From NCBI GenBank assembly GCA_038128265.1, contig JAYPJE010000010.1:52475-94690 (forward strand): DNA of 42,216 bases, in the 5' to 3' direction. The notes below the pieces were generated by a model. That model had not been told where the DNA came from. It did not search any database and worked only from the letters and a program-made list of their open reading frames with translations. Below, piece by piece: positions 1 through 9,363 of this stretch (positions within the stretch are counted from its first letter, which is position 1; the number at the start of each line of letters is the position of its first letter). Source of the stretch: Gemmatimonadota bacterium. Its GTDB lineage: Bacteria > Latescibacterota > UBA2968 > UBA8231. The position numbers and the translations under genes were made by a program.

Positions 1-416
1 TCAACCAGCGCACGCACCAGCACATTGCCCTTCATATACGTGTAGTTTTCTGCCATCATATACTGGCCGCGCGAGCGGCGCGCTGCCCGCACCAAATCGC
101 GGCACTCCTCGACGGAAATACCTGCCGTTACTTCGCAGAGCACGTGTATGTCGCGCTCGAGCGCGGCGATTGCCTGCGGTGCGTGAAACTGCATGGGCGT
201 GCCAATAACGACGGCATCTACTCCGCCTGCATCCAACATGGCCTCCATATTGTCATACACGCCCTCTACCTCCAACTCAGCAGCGCTCTTTCGGGCTTCT
301 TCAAGTCGAATATCGCATAGGGCCACAAGCTGCGTGTCCGGATGTGCCGTCAAAGCGCGCACATAGGAGTTTCCTCGCCCCACAGCTCCGACAATGCCAA
401 AGCGAATAGTATCCAT
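1..416 (-). CDS. Gfo/Idh/MocA family oxidoreductase, N-terminal part (runs off the window edge)
   Basis: Not in the ORF track. Manual translation from ATG at 416 gives MDTIRFGIVGAVGRG...LVALCD...VDAVVIGTPMQFHAPQAIAALERDIHVLCEV...YMMAENY, a Rossmann start plus typical Gfo/Idh/MocA motifs. GAGG lies upstream. Confidence 0.9.
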   Translation of the reverse strand, partial: MDTIRFGIVGAVGRGNSYVRALTAHPDTQLVALCDIRLEEARKSAAELEVEGVYDNMEAMLDAGGVDAVVIGTPMQFHAPQAIAALERDIHVLCEVTAGISVEECRDLVRAARRSRGQYMMAENYTYMKGNVLVRALV

Positions 417-618
417 GCTACCTCGTCTTCTGTTGGGGAAAATGGCCCCACCCGTAGTCCGGTATCAAACTCATACTTATTCCTTTTTTATAATTATTAT
501 AAGTCGTTATACAACAGCTATTTGCGCACTCTTGCCCACCCGCGCACAACTCGATATGTTTGGCTGGTGGTTTCCATACCACCCAAGTAAACCGCCCGAA
601 GAAAGAAAGTGAACTGCC

Positions 619-1743
619 ATGAAATTAGACGTCGTACAGCTCACCCGCCAACTCGTGTCATTCCCCTCGGAAAGCCAGACGAGCAACGTCGAAGTGACTG
701 AATACATTGCCGACGTGCTAGCCCAACTAAACTTCGAGATCGAGCGGCTACCCTACGTCGATAAAAACGGGGTCGATAAAATTTCTATTGTGGCACGCTT
801 GGGCAAAGGCAGCGGCGGTCTATCCCTCATGAGCCACGACGACGTGGTGCCAGCCCTGCCAGAACAGTATAAACCCAAGCGCGTCGGAGACAAACTCTAC
901 GGCCGCGGCTCGTGCGATATGAAGGGCCCGCTGGCCGCCACCCTGTGTGCCGCGGCTCGCTTTCGAAAAGCCGACCTTAAAAAGCCCCTCTTTATTGTCG
1001 TGACGGCCGACGAAGAAGTGCAGGCCGTTGGCGCCAAGATGGTAACAAAGCAATCAAAACTCTTCGCCCAGGCCAGTAGCGGCTACGGCATTATCTGCGA
1101 ACCAACGCGCCTGAACGTCGTCTACGCGCACAAGGGGTCGATGTCCCTGGTCATCACTTCCAAGGGACGCGCGGCACACACCAGCACGCTTAAAGGCACC
1201 AACGCGAACATAAAGATGATTCCCTTTTTACAGGAAATGCGCGCTATCTACGACCTAGTGCTTAGCGACAAACGCTTTCGCAACGAAGAATTCAATCCAC
1301 CGCACTCTGAGTGGAGCATCGGCATCAACGATAACAACATCGCTACCAATATCTCACCCGTTAGCTCAACCTGTACCATCAACTACCGCCCCATGCCGGG
1401 CGTGGACGTCCAGTCACTCATACATCGCACGCGCGCCAGCGCGCGGAAGCACGGCCTTAAATGCGAAATTCGACATCTGGGTGAACCTGTGTACACCGAT
1501 CCGAACTCGCCTCTTGTAAAAACCGCGCTGAAAATTGCCGGCAAGCGCCGCGCACTGACCGTTCCCTACGGGACTGACGGCATGGCTTTCGGCAAGAAGA
1601 TGAAACAGATGGTCGTCCTCGGCCCCGGCAATATTGCCCAGGCACATACCGTAGATGAATGGGTTGAAATCGACCAGCTCAAAAAGGGCGTTGCGCTCTA
1701 CGAGCGCTTTATCGATCACGTCTGCCTGCAGGGCAACAGCTGA
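619..1743 (+). CDS. M20 family metallo-deacylase (acetylornithine deacetylase ArgE/DapE-like)
   Basis: Motifs SHDDVVP, LYGRGSCDMKG, DEEV, CEPT, AHTVDE; 374 aa. Confidence 0.88.
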   Translation: MKLDVVQLTRQLVSFPSESQTSNVEVTEYIADVLAQLNFEIERLPYVDKNGVDKISIVARLGKGSGGLSLMSHDDVVPALPEQYKPKRVGDKLYGRGSCDMKGPLAATLCAAARFRKADLKKPLFIVVTADEEVQAVGAKMVTKQSKLFAQASSGYGIICEPTRLNVVYAHKGSMSLVITSKGRAAHTSTLKGTNANIKMIPFLQEMRAIYDLVLSDKRFRNEEFNPPHSEWSIGINDNNIATNISPVSSTCTINYRPMPGVDVQSLIHRTRASARKHGLKCEIRHLGEPVYTDPNSPLVKTALKIAGKRRALTVPYGTDGMAFGKKMKQMVVLGPGNIAQAHTVDEWVEIDQLKKGVALYERFIDHVCLQGNS

Positions 1744-1749
1744 TTACGA

Positions 1750-3267
1750 GTGCATTCGAGTCATTCGCTGCGCATTGGCGTCGCCGTCGACGGCAACGCC
1801 GTTCCCGCCTGGATTGCCGCACTGCTGCACCGCGTCGAAACGAGCGGCGTTGCACGCATAGAGTGCCTGACGGTCCACCCGCCCACCGCGCACCGCGTCC
1901 CCCTAAGCACCGCGCTTTACCAGCACTTAGACCGCACGCTCTTTGGTGTAAAAGACGATGCCCAGCAGCCCATCGAACTGGCTTCCGCCCTACCGCGCCT
2001 GACGTCCCTGCCTAGCCAGGCTCCCGTCGACGTGTGGCTCCACCTGAGCGTGCAGCCGCTTCCGCCAGGCGATGCACCGCTGGGCACCTGGTACTTCCTA
2101 CCGGACCTACTGGACGGCTCGGTCGGCCTGAGTGCCGTCGGCACTCACCAACTCCTTGCCAGCGCGGCGCTCTTTGCTCGCTACGGAAACACGGATTATT
2201 GCATCTACCGTGCCAGCACCGGCACCCACGCATTCTCCGCGCGACGCAGCGGCCAGCGCCTCTGCTGGCTGGCTCACGCCTTTGTCGCGCGGCGCCTGCA
2301 GGCGCTGCACGAATGCGGTCCGGACGTCTTTTACGCCCGTCATGGCACACCTGCTACAGCGCCTCTCACAACCCGACCAACCGCTTTTCCGCTGACGCGC
2401 TTCGCCGCACGCACGTTCCACCGTGGACTATCGGAACTGCTGCAACGCACCCAGTGGCACGTATACTATGGCCCCACGACGGCCGGCAACCTGCCCGCTA
2501 GCTTTGATGACTTTGCGCCCTGCGCATCGGCTCCAAACACCTACTGGGCCGATCCCTTCCCCTTTCGCCACGAGGGATCCCTTTACGTATTCGTGGAAGA
2601 GTACGATCAGCAGCTCGGCAAAGGACATATCGCAGTACAACCTTTTGACCAGCGCGGTCCATGCGGCAACGCCGTGCGCGTATTAGAAGCCAACCATCAC
2701 TTGTCCTACCCCTTCGTATTCGCCCACGAGGGCGAAATATACCTGATGCCAGAGAGCAGCGATCGCGGCACCATCGATATCTATCGCTGCCTTCGCTTTC
2801 CCGACCAATGGACGCACTCCTGCACGCTTTTTGAAGGACTCTACGCCGTCGACTCCACGCTTTTTTATCGCGAAGGGCATTGGTGGCTCTTCACCTGCTT
2901 AGCGCCCCATCCCCAATCACCGGCGCGCAGCGAGCTCTTTCTCTACTATGCCGACTCTCCGCTAGCAGCCCGCTGGACACCCCATCCCCTCAACCCGGTT
3001 GTGTCCGATGTGCGCTGGGCGCGTCCAGCTGGGCGCATCGCAGAGGTCGCAGGACGCCTGCTGCGCCCAGCTCAAGACTGCTCGCGGCGATACGGCTATG
3101 GACTGCGTTTGATGGAAATTGTCGAGTGGGATACCCAGCGCTACGCCGAGCGCGAATACAAGCAGTACTTGCCGCAGGGCAAGCGCCTGGGCATGCATAC
3201 CTTCAACCGGGATATGGACTGGACTTTTGTCGATATAAAGTCGCGTGCAAGACGCTGGCTCGGTTAG
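1750..3267 (+). CDS. Glucosamine inositolphosphorylceramide transferase (GINT1 N-terminal)-like beta-propeller protein
   Basis: C-terminal half has YWADPF, HLSYPF, YLMPES, W-PHPLNPVVSD-ARPAG, RPAQDCSRRYG and MHTFN, a GH43/GH32-like propeller family often found near polysaccharide genes. GTG start is uncertain. Confidence 0.7.
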   Translation: MHSSHSLRIGVAVDGNAVPAWIAALLHRVETSGVARIECLTVHPPTAHRVPLSTALYQHLDRTLFGVKDDAQQPIELASALPRLTSLPSQAPVDVWLHLSVQPLPPGDAPLGTWYFLPDLLDGSVGLSAVGTHQLLASAALFARYGNTDYCIYRASTGTHAFSARRSGQRLCWLAHAFVARRLQALHECGPDVFYARHGTPATAPLTTRPTAFPLTRFAARTFHRGLSELLQRTQWHVYYGPTTAGNLPASFDDFAPCASAPNTYWADPFPFRHEGSLYVFVEEYDQQLGKGHIAVQPFDQRGPCGNAVRVLEANHHLSYPFVFAHEGEIYLMPESSDRGTIDIYRCLRFPDQWTHSCTLFEGLYAVDSTLFYREGHWWLFTCLAPHPQSPARSELFLYYADSPLAARWTPHPLNPVVSDVRWARPAGRIAEVAGRLLRPAQDCSRRYGYGLRLMEIVEWDTQRYAEREYKQYLPQGKRLGMHTFNRDMDWTFVDIKSRARRWLG

Positions 3268-4124
3268 GACTGTCCCGGGCGCTCATAGCCCCATTGGTCC
3301 AGCCACTCACCCGCCTCTGAATGGATTGCCTCTATATCTTCGGCCGAAAGGTGCGCCAGACTCTGTTCGTTCATATTGCGAATGGACGATTCCACCCCGT
3401 GCACAGTCCATCGCTGTGCCAAGAGCCCATCTTCGAGTGGATCGATGCCAATAAAATCCGTTATGCGTCGAATCTGCTCGCCCGGCTCGGCGGCAAAATC
3501 CTCGTAGCGCAGGCTCAAAAAACGCTCGACCTTGACGCGATCTTCCTCGACGATTCGCGCCGATTCGGCCCACTGACGCGCGCAGAGGCCAATCGGATAT
3601 TTGTCCCTATACACGGGATTGCCGCGTTTGCCTGGGTCTGTCTTGCGGCGTATCCCCTCGGCCACCGCATAGCCGTTGCGGACGATGTAGATAAAGTACG
3701 CCGGCGCGAAATGCGCTTCGAGAAAGGGCAACTGCACCGCGTTGGCAATCGATTTTTCCAACAGGTTGGGGCTAGGCGGGTACAGCATGGACCACTGGCG
3801 CTTGATGCGTCGCGCACGGCTGGCGTCGCGCGGGTCGAGCCGCACCTGACTCAAGCACTCACACCACATCCGCTGCCAGCCCGCGTCCTCGGGGCGCGGC
3901 AGAGCATCGCTAAATTTGACGCCTTCGCCGGCCAGCACGCCGATGGCGGGATGTTCCCCAAGCAGGTCTTTGAGTAGAGTCGTGCCCGAATTGTAGCACC
4001 CAACGATAAAAATCCACCGCTCCGGCTGCAGGTCGTGTCCCCACAGCGCACCGCAGGCCTGGCCTAGGCGAGAGCGCATGCACTGCTGCTTGAGCCGCTT
4101 TTTCCACCCGGAGCGCTCAGCCAC
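3264..4124 (-). CDS. Sulfotransferase family protein
   Basis: 5'-PSB-like loop IVGCYNSGTTLL, EKS, IYIVRNG 3'-PB motif, LRYEDF; 286 aa. Confidence 0.88.
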   Translation of the reverse strand: MAERSGWKKRLKQQCMRSRLGQACGALWGHDLQPERWIFIVGCYNSGTTLLKDLLGEHPAIGVLAGEGVKFSDALPRPEDAGWQRMWCECLSQVRLDPRDASRARRIKRQWSMLYPPSPNLLEKSIANAVQLPFLEAHFAPAYFIYIVRNGYAVAEGIRRKTDPGKRGNPVYRDKYPIGLCARQWAESARIVEEDRVKVERFLSLRYEDFAAEPGEQIRRITDFIGIDPLEDGLLAQRWTVHGVESSIRNMNEQSLAHLSAEDIEAIHSEAGEWLDQWGYERPGQS

Positions 4125-5274
4125 GGTGCATTACCTGCTCAAGGGCCTCTACTCCGCGCTGCACCAACGCCTCCATGCCGTACTCTCGCTCGATTTTTTC
4201 GCGCGCCGCGGTGCCCATCTCCCGCGCTCTCTGCGGATCTTTTAGCAGGTAGCGCAGTTTGGCACTCATATCTTCCACGTCGTCTGCACGAGCCAACAGC
4301 CCGCTCGATCCATCGTCAATACACTCGGGCACGCCACCTTCGGCCGCAGCCAAACAGGGCAGGGCAAATGCGCCTGCTTCGAGATATACATTGCCCATAC
4401 CCTCGCGCACGCTCGGCAATAAGAACACCTCAGCCGCGCTGTAAAAGTCGAAAAGACCATGTGATAACGGCGGCAGTGGCCCGACAAAAACGGCGCGATC
4501 GCCCCAGCCCAATTCGCTCGCCAAGCGCTCCAATTCGGCTCGTTCGGGTCCATTGCCCACTATCGCATGCACCATATCGGGAAATTCTTTCAGCAAGCGT
4601 CCACTCGCGCGCAGTGCGCGGTCGACGCGCTTTTGCGTGACCAGGCGCGCTACGCTGAGGACGATGCGCTTCCCTCTCAACGCGGGATAGCGCGCAAAAA
4701 AGGTCTCCTCATCGAATTGGTAGTGCTGTAGAAGTCCGGCGTCAAATGCCGGCGGGTGCACGAAGATCGCCCGTTCGTCTACCCCCTGTGCGACGGCGCT
4801 CGCGCGCACAAAGCGGCTCACAGCGGCAATAGCAGCCGCGTGGCGGTAGGCGCGACGCTGTGGAATGCGCTCGAACTGAGCCCCGACCCCGCGCCCACTC
4901 AAGCGCACCGTCACATCCGAACCGCGCATCGATGCAATAAGGGGAATGCGCTCCCAGCAGTTGAGCAATCCCGCAACGCGCGTTGCCATGCCGTTCGTTG
5001 CCCACACGCAGTCTGGCCTAAAGCGGTCTATGGCACGCTGCAAATGCGCGCGGACCTGCATATAGCGCAGCGGAATAAAAGAGGACGCGTTCAGCCGTTC
5101 AACAGATACCTCGGCGCGCGCATCAAAAGCCGCAGCGCCATCGGCTTCGGGTGCTAAAACGAGCACATCGAAGCCGCGCTGGGTCAGGCCACGCGAAAGG
5201 GCATACGCATAAGATCCCGTGCCCACTGCCTGTGGAGGAAAGCTCATGGCCAAGATGAGGATGCGTTTTGCCAT
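4117..5274 (-). CDS. Glycosyltransferase family 4 (GT-B)
   Basis: FPPQAVG, VARLVTQKRVD, IVGNGPER, EGMGNVYLEA (E-x7-E). Start placed at ATG 5274 (MAKRILIL). Confidence 0.9.
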   Translation of the reverse strand: MAKRILILAMSFPPQAVGTGSYAYALSRGLTQRGFDVLVLAPEADGAAAFDARAEVSVERLNASSFIPLRYMQVRAHLQRAIDRFRPDCVWATNGMATRVAGLLNCWERIPLIASMRGSDVTVRLSGRGVGAQFERIPQRRAYRHAAAIAAVSRFVRASAVAQGVDERAIFVHPPAFDAGLLQHYQFDEETFFARYPALRGKRIVLSVARLVTQKRVDRALRASGRLLKEFPDMVHAIVGNGPERAELERLASELGWGDRAVFVGPLPPLSHGLFDFYSAAEVFLLPSVREGMGNVYLEAGAFALPCLAAAEGGVPECIDDGSSGLLARADDVEDMSAKLRYLLKDPQRAREMGTAAREKIEREYGMEALVQRGVEALEQVMHRG

Positions 5275-5280
5275 AAACCG

Positions 5281-5322
5281 AAAAAACAAAAATGGGCGGC
5301 GCGAGTCGCCTCCCGCCGCCCA
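5281..5322 (-). terminator. Intrinsic terminator after asd
   Basis: 9-bp stem TGGGCGGCG (5293-5301) / CGCCGCCCA (5314-5322), followed on the minus strand by TTTTTGTTTTTT. Confidence 0.75.
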
Positions 5323-5344
5323 CTATTCCGTCTGCACCTACAGT

Positions 5345-6379
5345 CTAATGACCACCGCGCACCAGACCGCGCTCAATCATGACTTCGGCGATCTGCACCG
5401 CATTGAGTGCCGCTCCCTTGCGAAGCTGATCGCCGCTGACCCAGAGATCGAGACCGGTGTGATCGGGACGAGATATATCCTGGCGAATGCGACCTACCAA
5501 CACGTCGTCTGCACCCGAGGCTTCAATGGGCATCGGAAAGTGACTTTCGGCGGGGTTATCGACGATGCGCACACCCGGCGCTCCAGAGAGAATTTCGCGA
5601 GCCTTTTGGGCGGTAAAGGACTCGAAAAACTCGAGATTGATTGCCTCGGAATGGGCGCGCATTACCGGGACGCGAATCGTCGTCGCCGTGACTTGGATAT
5701 CGTCGTCGTGAAACATCTTTTTCGTCTCGCGGATCATCTTGGTCTCTTCCTCGCAGTAGCCGTCCGAACCGACGTCCGAATTGTGCGAAAAGAGATTAAA
5801 GGCGATCTGATGCGGAAACTCGCGCGGTTCAATCTGCTCCCCTGCAAGGAGTTGCCGCGTCTGCTCTTCTAGCTCTTGCATAGCTGGAGCACCCGCTCCA
5901 CTGACGGCCTGATAGGTGGAGACGACGATCCGCTTGACCTTTCCCTGCTGATAAAGGGGCCAGACGACCACGTCCATTATGATGGTGGAGCAATTCGGAT
6001 TGGCGATGATGCCCTTATGCCATTCAAGATCGTCCGGGTTGATTTCCGGCACGACCAGCGGCACTTCTGGGTCCATGCGATAGGCCGACGTATTGTCGAC
6101 GACGACCGCACCAGCGGCCACGGCATGCGGATTGTATTGCTTACTCAGCGACCCTCCAGCCGAAGCCAGCACGATATCAATGCCCTCAAAAGAATCCTCG
6201 CGCAGCTCCTGCACGGTAAGTTCCTCGCCCCGAAATGCAAACGTGCGCCCGGCGGAGCGCGCCGAAGCCAACAGCCGCAGTTCCCCCACCGGAAAGTTGC
6301 GTTCGGCGAGGATTTCCATCATGACTTGGCCGACGGCGCCCGTTGCGCCCATAATTGCCACGCTAAACTGATCTGACAT
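5345..6379 (-). CDS. asd: Aspartate-semialdehyde dehydrogenase
   Basis: GATGAVG, VVDNTSAYRM, ANPNCST (catalytic Cys), STYQAVSGAG, DQLRKGAALNAVQIAE. Confidence 0.97.
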   Translation of the reverse strand: MSDQFSVAIMGATGAVGQVMMEILAERNFPVGELRLLASARSAGRTFAFRGEELTVQELREDSFEGIDIVLASAGGSLSKQYNPHAVAAGAVVVDNTSAYRMDPEVPLVVPEINPDDLEWHKGIIANPNCSTIIMDVVVWPLYQQGKVKRIVVSTYQAVSGAGAPAMQELEEQTRQLLAGEQIEPREFPHQIAFNLFSHNSDVGSDGYCEEETKMIRETKKMFHDDDIQVTATTIRVPVMRAHSEAINLEFFESFTAQKAREILSGAPGVRIVDNPAESHFPMPIEASGADDVLVGRIRQDISRPDHTGLDLWVSGDQLRKGAALNAVQIAEVMIERGLVRGGH

Positions 6380-6398
6380 ATCCTTTTCTCTCTACTCT

Positions 6399-7595
6399 CT
6401 AATTAAACGGGCGCGTGCCCCGCAGATATTCCAAGAGCCAATGTCCGTGTGCAACCTGTAGACTGCCGCTTTCCGCCGCGCGTTCACCGTAGCCCTGTAG
6501 CGCATCGGCAGCAATGCCTTCGCCCCAGAGCACAAACGGCACCGGCTCGCGGCTGTGCGTGCGCAGGGCGATCGGCGTGCGGTGGTCCGGCGCCATTAAA
6601 ATTCGGCACGGCCCCATCTCTTTCAAGCCGGCCAGTATAGGACCCACTACGCGCGCATCAAAATCCTCAATGGCCTGCACTTTGGCCTGGGCGTCGCCGT
6701 TATGACCGGCTTCGTCGGGCGCCTCGACGTGCACATACACAAAATTGTCCCGGGCGAGCACATCCAGTGCATACTGTGCCTTGCCCTCGTAATTGGTATC
6801 GAGATAACCCGTAATACCCGGCACCTCTACCACCTCGAGCCCGGCGCTATGACCAATACCGCGCACGAGATCAACGGCGGAAATAACACCGCCGCAAAAA
6901 CCAAACTTGGACTCGAGGGATTCGAGCCGCAGCGCCCGGCCCGAACCCCAGAGCCAGATGGCGTTAGCCGTGGTCTCGCCCCGCTCGGCGCGAGCCAAAT
7001 TCACCGGGTGCTCGGCCAAGATAGGCTCCGCCCGCTCCATTAGCAGTCGAATCGATTCTTCGCCCGGGCCGCTGGGCAAGTGCGCGGCAATAGACTGTCC
7101 CATAATATCGTGTGGCGGGTAAGAAACGAGTTCTTCTGGACCATGATCGAATACCAGCAGGTGGCGGTACCCCACGCCCGGATAGAAGCGCAGATCGCTG
7201 CGACCTAAACCGGCCGCGATCGCCTGGACGAGCTCGCGCGCCTCTTCCGTCGAAATATGGCCGGCACTGTAGTCGACCAGCGTATCGCCGTCGCGGTGGA
7301 TGGTATTGAGGCGGAAGGCGATGCCGTCAGCACCCAAGTCGACGCCCATACTGGCCGCCTCCAGCGGCGAACGCCCCGTGTAGTGGACTCGGGTATCGTA
7401 GCCAAAAATTTCGAGGTTGCCGATATCGCTGCCGGGGTGGCGCTGGGCGGGGATCATCTGCACCAGCCCACCGGCGCCTTCGCGCGCTAGGCGGTCCATA
7501 TGCGGCGTATGGGCTGCCTCTAAAGGCGTCTTACCCCCTAGTGTATCGATGGGATAGTCCGCGGCCCCGTCTGGGACCAACACTAGGTACTTCAC
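6399..7595 (-). CDS. Cofactor-independent phosphoglycerate mutase family (ApgM-like; 'proposed homoserine kinase' subgroup)
   Basis: DGAAD...GKTPLEAA, PGSDIGN, YTGRSPLEAASMG, HVEAPDEAGH, PDHRTP...H (alkaline-phosphatase superfamily metal ligands). Sits between hom and asd. Confidence 0.85.
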   Translation of the reverse strand: MKYLVLVPDGAADYPIDTLGGKTPLEAAHTPHMDRLAREGAGGLVQMIPAQRHPGSDIGNLEIFGYDTRVHYTGRSPLEAASMGVDLGADGIAFRLNTIHRDGDTLVDYSAGHISTEEARELVQAIAAGLGRSDLRFYPGVGYRHLLVFDHGPEELVSYPPHDIMGQSIAAHLPSGPGEESIRLLMERAEPILAEHPVNLARAERGETTANAIWLWGSGRALRLESLESKFGFCGGVISAVDLVRGIGHSAGLEVVEVPGITGYLDTNYEGKAQYALDVLARDNFVYVHVEAPDEAGHNGDAQAKVQAIEDFDARVVGPILAGLKEMGPCRILMAPDHRTPIALRTHSREPVPFVLWGEGIAADALQGYGERAAESGSLQVAHGHWLLEYLRGTRPFN

Positions 7596-8897
7596 TTACA
7601 GATCCTCCATGCGGATCAGGCGCACAGCCCCTTCCACCGCTTCAACCGCTCCAATCGCCGCAATGGCTCGGCCCATCGACTCTTCGCGCGCCTCGTGGGT
7701 AACGATAACCAGCGGCACCGAGCCGCCGTCGAAGTCGCGCTCTTTTTGCAGGACCGAAGCAATGCTAATATTTTCGCCGGCCAGAATGCGCGCGATATGC
7801 TCCAATACGCCGGGCTGATCGCGAACCTGCATGCGCAGGAAGTAGCGCATTTGTATGCTCTCGACGGAGGCCACCGGCAGGGCTTCGTCACCCAGCACCA
7901 TATCGCCAATGGCCGGGGCTGCACCGGCCGCTTTGCGCTCGACCAATTCAACCATATCCGCAACCACGGCGCTGGCCGTCGGCATTTGCCCCGCCCCCTT
8001 GCCGTAGAAGACCTGGTTACCAACGGCCGAGCCAACAACTTCGATTGCGTTAAACTCGTCGTTGATGTTGGCCAGCAGCGAATCGGCCGGCACCATGGCC
8101 GGGTGTACGCGCATTTCCACTCCCTGCGTGCTGCGCTTGGCAATGGCCAGCAGTTTGATCACATAGCCCAATTCGCGCGCGTACTCGATATCGCTGGTCT
8201 CAATATCTTCTATTCCCTCGCAAAACACGTCGCTGCCCGTCGCCGTGCAGCAAAAGGCAATTCGACTCAGAATCGCCAGCTTCTGTGCGGCGTCGCGCCC
8301 GCTGACATCCATCGTTGGGTCGGGTTCGGCATAGCCTATGTCCTGTGCGTCGGCCAGTATGTCGGCGTAGCTACCCTCACCGCGCGTCATGCGCGTGAGA
8401 ATGTAGTTGGTCGTGCCGTTTAATATGCCGTAGAGCGACTCGACGCGGTTGGCCACCAAACCGCTGCGCAGCGAACGCACGATGGGAATGCCGCCAGCGA
8501 CGCTGGCCTCAAAGAGCAGGTCCGCTCCCTTCTCGAGGGCCAGCGCATAGAGCTCTTCGCCGCGCTCGGCCAGCAGCGCCTTGTTGGCGGTCACCACGTC
8601 TTTGCCGCGCTCCAGTGCCCCCCGCACCCATTCATAGGCCGGCGCGGCACCGGTCAGTTCGACGACGAGCTGCACATTCGGATCATCGAGCACTTCCAAC
8701 GCATCGTCCGTCAACTTGGCCGAATCAATCTGCACGGAGCGCGCCTTGTCGAGGTCGCGTACGGCAACGCGCTCAATCGAAAAGCATACGTGTTTGCGCC
8801 GCCGCATGGAGGTGGGCGCGTCTTCCAATAAGCGCACTACGCCACTGCCCACCGTTCCCAAACCAATGATGCCAACGCCAATCGCGCTGCTCGCCAT
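7596..8897 (-). CDS. hom: Homoserine dehydrogenase with C-terminal ACT domain
   Basis: GLGTVGSG, VVTANKA, FEASVAGGIP, GILNGTTNYIL, GYAEPDPT, GAGQMPTASAV, ACT motif DQPGVL. Confidence 0.97.
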   Translation of the reverse strand: MASSAIGVGIIGLGTVGSGVVRLLEDAPTSMRRRKHVCFSIERVAVRDLDKARSVQIDSAKLTDDALEVLDDPNVQLVVELTGAAPAYEWVRGALERGKDVVTANKALLAERGEELYALALEKGADLLFEASVAGGIPIVRSLRSGLVANRVESLYGILNGTTNYILTRMTRGEGSYADILADAQDIGYAEPDPTMDVSGRDAAQKLAILSRIAFCCTATGSDVFCEGIEDIETSDIEYARELGYVIKLLAIAKRSTQGVEMRVHPAMVPADSLLANINDEFNAIEVVGSAVGNQVFYGKGAGQMPTASAVVADMVELVERKAAGAAPAIGDMVLGDEALPVASVESIQMRYFLRMQVRDQPGVLEHIARILAGENISIASVLQKERDFDGGSVPLVIVTHEAREESMGRAIAAIGAVEAVEGAVRLIRMEDL

Positions 8898-9063
8898 GTG
8901 CCCCTGCTCCTTTGAGCTGCTGTTTATTCGTGTAAGAGACTGTTTTTATCGGCTTTAAAGTACGCGACTAGCCCTTTTTCGGCAAGCATAAGACCGGCTA
9001 TACTTGCCGGAAAAACACCCGCTCATTAGTATGGGTAGACCAACTTTGCGCGGAGAATTTGAT

Positions 9064-9363
9064 ATGGATCTACAGACGTTTAAAACATCGGTTGAGGACG
9101 AAGCGCCTCCGAGTGGAATCGACGGCGGACTGCAGGCCCTGTGGCAAGACGCCAAGGGCAACTGGGAGGCTGCACACGCGTTGGCGCAGGACACCCCCGA
9201 CCCCGAGGGGGCCTGGGTCCACGCCTACCTGCACCGCGTCGAGGGCGACGAATCCAACGCCGGCTACTGGTACGGGCGCGCCGGCAAAGCGCACAGCCAG
9301 GCACCGCTTCAGGAAGAGTGGGACGAAATAGCCTCCGCCCTGTTAGCGGCACCCAAGAGTTAG
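9064..9363 (+). CDS. Conserved hypothetical protein (WVHAYLHRxEGD-NAxYWY family)
   Basis: 99 aa from ATG 9064, with GGAG upstream; motif LW...W..AH..AQ...AWVHAYLHRVEGDESNAGYWY. Confidence 0.8.
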   Translation: MDLQTFKTSVEDEAPPSGIDGGLQALWQDAKGNWEAAHALAQDTPDPEGAWVHAYLHRVEGDESNAGYWYGRAGKAHSQAPLQEEWDEIASALLAAPKS

